Assembly: GCA_965112155.1 (NCBI GenBank)
Contig: OZ218103.1
Origin: Podarcis liolepis
Lineage: Eukaryota
DNA: 64,000 nucleotides
Reading direction: 5' to 3' (one strand)
A model generated the notes under the pieces. The model was given only the letters and a program-made list of their open reading frames with translations, was not told the DNA's origin and made no database searches. Of the stretch, positions 51,640 to 61,780 are shown one piece after another; position 1 is the first letter of the stretch, and the number at the start of each line of letters is the position of its first letter. The position numbers were made by a program, and so were the translations under genes.

Positions 51640-52630
51640 TATCTCTTTAAAGCAGAAGAGTGCGCGCGGCTGGGGGGGGGGTGTAGAGAGAAAGAGGAAG
51701 GAACTACTGTATGGATTAAAAACTAAACTAGCACTGAAAGTTTAAGAGGAGGGGGGAGGGGAGGGTTGTTGTTGTTGCTGCTGCTGCGGCTGCTGCTGCT
51801 ACTGTTAAAAGATCCCACCAACCTGTTTCGATCTACAGCGCCTGGAATCGGGTCTCAACTTTTAACACCCCCCACTTGGAGCATGTGGCTGCCTCGCTGC
51901 TGCTGCTGCCGCCGCCGCTGCTACCGCCGTTGCCGCCGCCGCCTCGTCCAGCTTCGTCCCTTGCGGAGCAGAAATGCCTCCAGCTCCCAGCAGCCCGAGG
52001 TTCCCCCAAAGTTAAACACCTCGGAGACAAAGAGAGAGAGACAGAGAAAGAGAGAGAGAGAGAAAGAAAGAGGGAGAAGCAAGCCGACAGAGAGAGAGAA
52101 GAGAAAGCACTAACACAGTTCAGGCATGATCATACTTTTCTCCTGCCAAAGGCTTTGCCGCTTTCTTCTCTTATTGTATTCGGGGGGGGGGGTCCTGTTT
52201 CTTCTTCCTTCACCCCTTTCTCCTGTTCCGTTTTCCTCAATGGAAGTCTCAGAGGCGGGCGGGGGGGGAGGGGGGAGTCAATCTTATGTCTCGGGTCCCT
52301 CCTCTCTCTGTCCCATTCAGATGTGGAGATCAGCCTCTAATCACAGGGGTTGTGTCTGTACTGGAGATGTGACTTGAGAGCTGGGAAGGGAGGGGAGGGG
52401 GGAAAGAGAGAGAGAGAGAGAGTTACTTCCAGTTCTACCATAATCCATCTAAAGCAGGTGCAGCTCTTTTCGAAGCCCACAGGTCCTGAATGGAAAAGGA
52501 AGCCACGGGCGAGGAGCGCGGAGGAGAGGGGAAGGAAAGGTTTTTTTGAATCGAGGCAAGCAAAAGGAAGCGAGGCCCCTCTCTCAAGTCACTTTTTGGG
52601 GCCTTTAATACCTGAAATCGTGATTTCTCC
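51640..52630 (-). promoter_or_regulatory. CpG-island-like FOXP4 promoter / 5' region
   Basis: The only extended non-repeat CpG-rich region in the window, with G-runs, GC-box-like motifs and GA-rich tracts. It lies upstream of the FOXP4 coding exon in transcript orientation. Confidence 0.75.
51823..52019 (-). other. FOXP4: Putative non-coding 5' exon of FOXP4
   Basis: GC/CpG-rich block with GCC/CTG repeats. It ends at a candidate donor AAACAG|GTTGGT (GT 51822-51821). The left boundary in transcript orientation is uncertain: a possible acceptor at 52021-52020, or a TSS further upstream. Confidence 0.55.
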
Positions 52631-55150
52631 GCACTTTTAATATGTTAAGTTTTCCCTCCTTTCTTATATATTTAAGGGGGGGATAATAAGGGGTACATAT
52701 TTTTCTTAGTTTTCCGTGTTTTGGGTTGTTCAGTTTTCGCGAATAGCCCTTGTGTTAAGACTACCGATTCTGGTTTTAAAGACCCTGCTGAAAGAGTGGC
52801 CTCGCTGCTATGTCATACCTTAATATATTTTACCAAACAGTTTAATGAGCACATATCGTGCGTCTGTGTGCCACAAACCTGCAGGGATCGTTGTGGGTAT
52901 CACACAGGTGCATGCAGCAGGACTGGCCGCTGCTCCTCTCAAGGTGCACAGGAAATATTAAATGTGTGTTTGATCCCAGATAACATGGGAAGCGGCCCAT
53001 ACAATTTTGTTGTGAATATGGGGGGATGATTAGGGTTGTTTTCACTCATGAGACTTAAGTCCGGTTTTTTTGCATTTCTCCTATTTGTAATGCCAATGAA
53101 ATACTTATATTAGCCTGAATAACTTTGAAATGGCTTCCTACCAGTTTCTGACAAGTATTAAAAAAACATTTGCATGAGCACACGCAGAGTGAGGGGCAGA
53201 CTCAAATTATTTTTAATTAACGTAAGTAAAAATGTCCTCACACTTGCAACCCTAAGCATAGGATTAGGCTTCATAAACGTTATAAAGTACTTTTCACACC
53301 TGACCCTTAGTTTATTTACTTGGAAATGGCTTTTAAAAATTATACTGAGATTGGAAAGCTTGACCATTTTTGCTAATCATACTGAGATCCTTTTCATTTC
53401 CCTAAATGCTTTGCAGGTCTCTTCAAATTTGCCTTGAATTTTGCTCTCACTGAAACCATACTTTCCAGTATGTATGTGTAGGACTGGCTTGTAAAAGAGC
53501 AGCAGAATTCACCCAGGTTTATTATTATTAATAATATGCAACACAATTATCAGCATAGTTATTCAAAAGAGGGTCCCCCTATGTTTAGTTGGGCTTACTT
53601 TATAGTAAGCGTCTTTGGGATTGCAGCCTTAGTACATCCCAGCTCTTATCTTCTGGATACATTTAATAGATCAAAAATGCCCTTACCTGTATTTACCAAT
53701 CCCTCAGTAACAATGATCCTGATCTATTCAGAGAACACTGAATATATATGCTTAAATAAGACATTTTTGGGGGAATATTTCTATGCCTTCTTTCTACTGA
53801 AGGATATTGATGTTGCCTTATTCCATACATTAAAAAATAAAACAAATAAAAATATAAAATACAGATAAATAATAAAATAACCATCACCTACATTTGAGGT
53901 GAGGTGAAGAGATAGATCCAGCTGCCTCGGGACAAGGCCTGATTCAGATCAGGATTACAGTGCTGTGGGATGGTTTTCACCTGTGCCATTTTCCCAGCTG
54001 AAGTCAACCCTATGTTATATTTTGCCCTGTGGAGAAATGGCTGTAATGGGGGGGGGGGCGGGGGCGGGGTGGATTTCGACCAGGAAACTGGATTGGTGGA
54101 AAGTTTAAAACACCATCTCCTAGCAGTCATGGTCCTGATTTGAATTCCCAGCCTCTTGTGGCTGCTCTGATCCTTTTTAAAAGAAAAAAAGGGGGGGTGG
54201 AGATCTGATTCATCGATCTCTCACATCACATTCTAGTTTGCCTTAAGTCTAATTAAAATGACCCAACATAAATGGACAGAAATCAGCACTACTAAAAGCT
54301 ATCCACAGTTAAATGCCTCTGAAAGATCAAATAAATTATATCTATTTTACCTGGTGTTTATATTAAGGGTGCAATCCTACAGCCAGCATTCAGCCAGCTG
54401 AGGGGCCACAGGAAAGGCCCTTGAATGGACAGCACAAAAGGCCACTGGAGGTTGTTGTTGTTGTTATTAAAATTTGTATACCACCCTTCATCTGAAGATC
54501 CCATGGGTGTAGATGTTGCACAGGTTGTGGGGGCCAAAATGGAGTATGTCAGGAAAGGCAAGTAACCAGAAGATCCTAAGCCCTCTTCTTCCAGACACTC
54601 CCCCTCCGGGGGGGGGGTGGAGTGTCCAAAACTACACCAGCCCCAGTTATTTTTGTCTCGTTGGAGTCAATGCGAGAGATTTTTTTTAAAAAAAGATGGA
54701 CTTGGAGGGGGGGGAGAGAGAATTGCTGCCCCCAACCCCATGCTGGCCACACCTATCTGACAAGACTTTGGATGTGGTGGTTGCTCTGTCTAATAGATGC
54801 CATACATGTATGAGGGGGAATGCCATAGTGCTTCAGCTGTAGAACAGAGAAGACCCTGTCCCCTAACTTCCAAAGGCAGGGGAACCAGAGCAGCTCCTCA
54901 GCCTAACATCTGAGCAAAAGAGGGAGTCCATATGAATGCAGACAGTTCTTCAGTTTTTCTCGGTCTTAAGAAATAAGGCATTTTCCTTAAACTTACAGAT
55001 CATCTGGTTACAGGGCACATGTGCTACCATTAAGTTTTCAAGCTCACTACTTTGTGAGGGATAGAAACAGAGTTTTAGACAGCCATTTTGCATACAAGAG
55101 AAGCATAGATGTTTCTGCTGTTACAACTAAGTGTTGCTCTTGTCCCACTG

Positions 55151-55670
55151 CGGCTGCAATCCTAAATTTATTTAAGTAGTAAGGCCTATTGAAATCAATG
55201 AAGCATATTCCTGAGAAGCCATTATTAGAATTGGGCTGTAAAAGCTGCAATCCAATGAATGTTTATTTGGATGCAAATCCCACTGAACACAAAGCAAAAT
55301 ACCTTAAGTATTCCACCATCGAAATTAGTCGGACTTGCTTCCATGTACACATGCATAGCATGGCCTCCACAGATTCAATATTCATGTTTCTCCTGAGTAA
55401 AGATTAATAGGTTGAATTGTAAAAACGTATCCAAATGCCACAATATTTAACTTACTTACTTCTTGCAAAACCTTATGAAGAGCAGCAGTAGTAGAAAGAA
55501 AAACTCAAAATGTTTTTATCAGACAGAAACCACAACCTAATGCACATTTATGCACTCTTAGAACCAACTGAAATCATGGAGCTTAGTTAGGCACATCTAA
55601 CCCTATGCAGAATTGTGGCCCAAGGCTGCAATCCTGCTATCATGTTATGCATAGGTAAGTCCTACTGCTT
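55151..55670. mobile_element. Cluster of short palindromic MITE-like repeats (GCTGCAATCC...GGATTGCAGC family, Harbinger-like)
   Basis: Repeated GCTGCAATCC starts at ~55153, ~55224 and ~55625 with ATTGAA.TCAAT-type centres. Other copies at 20674-21112 (split by a SINE), ~30475-30555, ~47540-47610, ~53570-53630 and ~58480-58520, often flanked by TTA/TAA. Confidence 0.55.
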
Positions 55671-56123
55671 TGCCTTAAATGAAAGGAAAATCTAATTTAA
55701 ACATTTCTGCAGGAAAGGCTCTCAATTCCCTATCGTGCTTTCATTTGTGAGAGCAGGCCTTATTTGCTGAGTGATTCTTATACCTCTAATAGTACTCATG
55801 CAAAAGCAATGCAATAAAGTTTTCTGTAACAGAAAAACTAAATATTTGTTGAAGATTGTATTTTAGCTGGAAACATATCAGGGTTTGTCAATGAATTTGT
55901 TTGAACCTATTATTTTCTTTGGTTCTTGATTCATTGGGTGTTATAATATGGGGTACCTCTACAGTCCAGGAAAAACTGTTAGTGTTTCTTTCTAGAGTAA
56001 CATTACTGCCCGAAAATTTTATATTATATTGTCAACGGTATTGTCTTTCAAAGCAGTCACACTATGAACTGCGCTTTCAAAAGCCTGCAAACGGCAAATA
56101 AAATGAAAAGTTTGACCTGTGTA

Positions 56124-56340
56124 CAGTGGTACCTCTGGTTACGAACGCTTCGGGTTACGAACTCCGCTACCCCGGAAGTAGCTGCTCCTGGATGCGAACT
56201 TTGCCCCAGGATGTGAATGAAAATTGTGCGCCGGAGGCGACTGCGCAGCAGGAGACCCCATTAGCAAAAGCGCGCCTCAGGATAAGAATGGTTTCAGCTT
56301 AAGAACGGACCTCCGGAACGAACTAAGTTCGTAACCACTG
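56124..56340. mobile_element. Tc1/mariner (Tigger/pogo-like) MITE related to 40076-40317
   Basis: TA flanks, left TIR CAGTGGTACCTCTGGTTACGAAC, and a body shared with the 40 kb copy (CAGCAGGAG.CCCCATTAGC, TTAAGAAC). The right TIR has a 9-bp deletion. Confidence 0.88.
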
Positions 56341-59300
56341 TACAGGCATAGATTTTCCTAGAAGCTAATCAACTTCAGCCTGATTGTTTTCTCTTCCTTC
56401 TCGCTTTCAAGAAAATTCTGTATTACTCTGTGTTGTACTGAAATTGCATACAAGGCTAATTTTGGCTACTGTTTTCAAAAAAGACTGATATCTAGAGCAT
56501 GCAGTCTCTCATTTATTTTTTAGAAATTAAGAACATGATTTATATTTCCCCCACAATTCTCTAAGGAGTTTAGGGCAGTGTATATGGTCCTTCACCATCA
56601 CTTTTTTTTTTTAATCATGGCAGCCCTTTGTTAGGGTGAGTGCCTAGACACATGAAATGTTTTCAAAAATCAAATCAACAAAGCAAAATATTGATAAACT
56701 TTTAGAAAAAAATATCCTGACCAAACATATTCCTCATATTTTTGATTTCTTCTAATAACATATGAAGGTCTAGGTTGTAGCAGTTGCCAAGAATGCCTTT
56801 TGGCACTCCCATCTTGTGAAAACGCTGTGGCCCTTTCTGGCAGATCAAAACCTATCTGTAAATTCTTTATTGATAATCTGAATAAATACTTGAAATGTAC
56901 TGGTCCGAGGTTGTAAATAGCTACTCACTGGATCACCTCTGGCTAACAAAAATGTCAAGCAGGCACTGTGGCGCATAGGTTTTACATAACATGATTCATT
57001 ACTGCAAGCAGATTAGTGACAGTGGGGGGGGGGTAATAATTTTTGTGGACCTTCTTGCAGTGCTGTAGTGGTCTGATCTGTGTGGAACTATCAGTGATTG
57101 TGGACGGACTACAACTTCACATCCCTAAACCTATATTTAATCTCGGCCTGCAACACAAGGCCTACTTTTGACATTGTTTGTTTCGTTTTTACTATACATG
57201 CCCACCTTTCTCTCCCACTCTTCTCTTTCTCAGAAAGTAAATAGCGGCGGTGTCTCTGTTCTTACCTGCCTTGCATTTGGCTATGCCTCAATTGTGGGCC
57301 GCCACAACATACCCGTGAAACATAAATATTTGGGTAGTGAGAGGGTCTCAATCAAAATGGAGGATGGGAAAAGGCTCTTTCTTTCATTACTACCTCACAC
57401 ACACAAAATACACCCCTCACCCGGTGCACCGGCAGGCCCTTGTCTACCATACAATATTGTGCACGCTCAAGCCCACACTTGTGTCCTGATTGTGGAATCT
57501 GCGGCCTACCATCAAATTTTGGTTGATGACAGTAACTACAAAATTAGCAGTTTATGCCTACAGTCAGGCTCTTGAACGACAATAAGCCACAAGTCATGTG
57601 AATAAGACTTTACTGTAGACACCATTTGCCCTGAGCAACAAAGGGACTTGATTTGCTGTAGCTCTTTGCCTTAGACCTTGCCCCTCTCTCCTGCTGGAAG
57701 AGCACAATTGAAGAAATATGGCACTTACAGCATGCATTTTGTAATTTTACAAAACAAGGATGCATGTCAAGGTTTTTAAAAAGTCAGTTTTGCGAACAGA
57801 ATTGCTGTTAGCTGGAGAGTTTTATCAAAATGTGCACTGTATACATTCAGATCTTTTTCACTTGGATGGAGAATTCTGTTTTGATTAAAGCATTTCGTCA
57901 TTTCTCAACAACAGAAATGAAAGCTTGTTAAGAAATACAATACAATATAAATACAATTTCCATGCTACATGTGCAGCGTGGGGTTTTTAAAAAAAAAATT
58001 ACTGGCACAAAAATTATCAAAATAATGCTTGTCAATGTTCAGTTTTGCTCTGATGTTTTACAAATGGAAAGTTTTAATGAAATCATATATTTTTTCAACA
58101 ATATGTAGCATTGGGTAATGGCCCAGTTTTGAAAACAATACTGCTAAAGCCACATTGGGCACATTCCAGCAAAAATTGGTTGTGTGACTAAAGCCATATT
58201 CGGGCATTCTTCTCCTCACGCACTGAGGTGGCGGGGGGGGGGGGAGAGTGATTGTGTGCCAGCTAGCTCCTCCCCCTTGGTCACTTCATCATCATCAACC
58301 CTTTGCCCACCACACACTGGAGGGCAAATGGCTGCAGCAGGGAGCCGGATGTATTTGTGTAGGCTCTCCCTCATGCAATTATAATCAAATGAAAATAAGA
58401 ATGCCTGCATAGTGCTGAAGGCTCAATGAAATCTATGGAACTTGTCAAAGAGGCCCATTCCATCCAACACAAGTGTTCCTAGGATTACTTTAGAACTGAA
58501 TGGGAGTTACTTCTCAGTAAAATCCGCTTGCTCCCAGATCCTACCCAAGCTTCTCATCTTTGTCTTCAAAGCTGACCATGGCCCTGTTCACCACCCCCTT
58601 ACACCCTGTCTTATATCCCAGCACATCCCTTGTCTGAAGGTCTCCTGCTCTCTCAAACAACCCTACCCTATCTCCATTGCCTCATGTATGGGTCTCATAG
58701 AATTGGAGAATTGTCAGCTATCAACAGGAACCAAATATCATTATATATACCATAATATACTATGCTACCGTATATTCAATACTGATATCCAAAAGTTAAA
58801 GTCAAATGGAAATCAAATATCAACAGATGTAACACACATATAGTAACTTGTTCAAATTACAAAAGGTGAATATTCAATATAAAAATTCATAGAGTTTTAA
58901 GAATTTTTGGAAGCAAATTCCATTGATTGCTACAAGATTTCCAATTGATCACACAACCTGCTACTTCCTTTCCTTCTCTTTGGTTCCTTTGAAAGTAGTT
59001 TTCTTGTTGAGGTGGATCTAGCCCCAATACCCCCTTCTTCCCCCCTCAGCTCTCAACATTTCAACATAACTCGTGCTTTCAAATATCAGTGGGGGAAAAG
59101 AAGATGTGGGGGTTACTAAGACCCTCCTGCTTATCTTGCTCCACAAAGGCAAGGGAAAATGGCCTGAGTGAAAGCAAGGTGAGGTAGCTTCAACTTGCCC
59201 CTTAAAACCGGCATCCACAACCTTCGATGCCTTTATCTAGAACCATCCTCCTTCTCAGCCTGCTCTACAAACATCTTTCGTTTATAACGTTATACCTCAG

Positions 59301-59353
59301 TAGACATATATTAAGAGGCCATGAGATGGCTCAGAGTCCTTTGACTCAAAGCT

Positions 59354-59520
59354 GGTGTGCTATAGTGGTTAGAGTTTTTGGCTAGGACTTGAGAGACCAG
59401 GGTTCAAATCCCTACTTGACTATGAAGCTCACTGGGTGACCTTGGGTCAGTCACTGCCCCTCAGCATAATCTACCATGCAGAGTTTGCTGTGGGGATTAA
59501 TTGAGGTGGGGAGAGCCATA
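59354..59520 (+). mobile_element. MIR-like / CORE SINE
   Basis: A box TAGTGGTTAGAG, B box GGTTCAAATCC, core GGGTGACCTTGGGTCAGTCACT...CTCAGC. Confidence 0.75.
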
Positions 59521-60673
59521 GGTGAGATATCAATGCAATGAATGAATGAATTTCAGCTTCTGCTTTCTCTACCAGCTCAGCTAAGACAATTTTAAGCTAC
59601 CTCACACAAAAGCTAGAATTTCCTGATTAGGAAACAGCCCAAACATAAAAACAACCCATGTCTATTTCTTCCTAACACTTTCTCTGTTGGTTTTGGCCAG
59701 GCTTCGCTAACCTGGTGCCCTCCAGCAGCGCTGTCTGGGGCTGATGGAAGTTGTAGTCTATAAAGGAAGGCCCCAGGCTGGTTGGTGATGGCGTCAATCA
59801 AAGATGACTCTCAAGCTTCTGCTTCATTTGAATCTATTTGCATAATGGATCCAGCACAGCATAAGCAGCATACTGGAAAATTCAAAGGAATCCATGAGTA
59901 TAAAAATAGTTAACAGAGTTTAAAATAAATGATGAAGCAAAAGCAGTGCCCAACATTGTATGAGTAAAAGCTGGCCTGTAATTAGCAGGATCCCAGAAAG
60001 GGGAGGTGTCTTTCTTATGCCCCCAAACTGGAGAAAGTGTCTGATACCTTTCCACGTGGTTGCTGGCACTGCCTTCCTTGGCTAAATAGTTGTGAAATTC
60101 CTACTCCAGCTTTAGACAAAATGGTTAGGTGGGTGGCCATGGCTTTGTCATTGGGCTATTACATTCCAGTTGTGTAAGGCAATGAAATGACGTGATCCAT
60201 TTACTGTAAGTGATGAGAAATCCCCTGGCTCTGCATTTAAAAACAACATATTCCTCTCAGCGCTGGGTTAAAAGCCAACCCACTAGCCTTAGTCAACAAG
60301 TAACTGCATCATGTTTTCCCAAACAAATATCCACAAGGAAATGTAGAACTCCTTACTGGCTCTAAAGCCAGAGAAGGGGGAATAGGGAGGGTTGCATGTG
60401 GAGTATCCATCCTGGAGATGGCTATGCTGGGAGATTTTAAATTAGATGGGGCTGTGTGGCATAAATACAAGTATACAGTGCCTGCAAATTACTCCAAAGG
60501 TGCCAAACGCTATCAACTTTTAGTCAGGCTAGCATCTGTGCTATAGGTTTTTCCAATGACCAAAGCAGTGAAATGTTCTAGAAATGATGCTTCTATATTT
60601 AAACAATGGGTTTTGCCACCCAAATCATTTATATTACTGTGGGTGGTTACATGTTAAATGCTTAGGATCCATG

Positions 60674-60746
60674 CATAGAATAATAGAATTGCAGAGTTGG
60701 AAGAGATCCTCAAAGGCCATCTAGTCTGACCCCTGCAATGCAGGAG
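60674..60746 (-). mobile_element. CR1-type 3' end
   Basis: CATAGAATAATAGAATTGCAGAGTTGGAAG...CATCTAGTC...CCCTGCAATGCAGGA. Confidence 0.7.
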
Positions 60747-61420
60747 TCACCACTAAAGAATCCTCGAAGGATCTTCTCTCAGTGTAATCCATCTGTTGTG
60801 GATTTATCATATTTTCTCAACACTGGATTTTGGACACTTCCAGATGAGATTTTATTTTGCGATCGATGCTCCTCGTGCAACGTTTTTGCAGCACCGATAC
60901 AACATCATTGCTGTGTAGCAAAATGACATCCTGCATCTCCTCCCCACCCCATTAAATCCAGACTAAACTTTACAGAGAAAATCTAATAAGTAAAATAACT
61001 GCTGCCACAATACATTTGTGGTATCTCAACACCTTGTTTGCAAATTAAGCCCCTGTCTGGAAGCGCCCTTTGTTTCGGGGGAATATAATGTCACATGAAC
61101 ACCAGGGGCCATAACAAACTTGTTCCATGCCTCACTCATTCTGAGAAATATATATGGCTGTGTACACATCACCATTTGCTCTGGCTCCAGCTGTTTGAAG
61201 CCATGTAGACAGAACTTCAGCCACAATCCATACCTGTAGTTTCCTGAGAAATTCTGCTGCTTGGGGCATTTTCCCTCAAACCAGATTCCATCCAATTTGA
61301 AAGTGTGCTTTGTGGTTAAATCTCTGCTGTCCACATGCAGCATGTAAATGCAACGTGAAATACAGTGGCTGAGGGAACGACCTTTCTAGGTTTTAAGCTG
61401 CTAATGTGTACACAGCCCTA

Positions 61421-61780
61421 AAAAGGCAAAGGTACCCATGACCGTTAGGTCCAGTCACGGACGACTCTGGGGTTGTGTGCTCATCTCGCTCTATAGGCTA
61501 AGGGAGCCGGCGTTTGTCCATAGACAGCTTCCGGGTCATGTGACCAGCATGACTGAGCCACTTCTGGCGAACCAGAGCAGCGCATGGAAACGCCGTTTAC
61601 CTTCCTGCCAGAGTGGTACCTATTTATCTACTTGCACTTGACGTGCTTTTGAACTGTTAGGTGGGCAGGAGCTGGGACCAAACAATGGGAGCTCACCCCG
61701 TTGCGGGGATTCGAACCGCCGACCTTCTGATTGGCAAGCCCTAGGCTCTGTGGTTTAGACCACAGCACCACCTGCGTCTC
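61421..61780 (-). mobile_element. Sauria SINE, full length
   Basis: Reverse-complement homologue of the 20715-21060 copy. Imperfect 16-bp TSD TGTGTACACAGCCCTA (61405-61420) and TATGTACAGAGCCCTA (61781-61796). Confidence 0.95.

Noticed and set aside
51766-52640. Plus-strand ORFs of 83-154 aa
   Set aside because: Low-complexity translations of trinucleotide and GA repeats in the promoter region.
58310-58330. CTCF-like CACTGGAGGGCA (similar at ~18572)
   Set aside because: Partial match only, and not supportable without PWM scoring or ChIP data.
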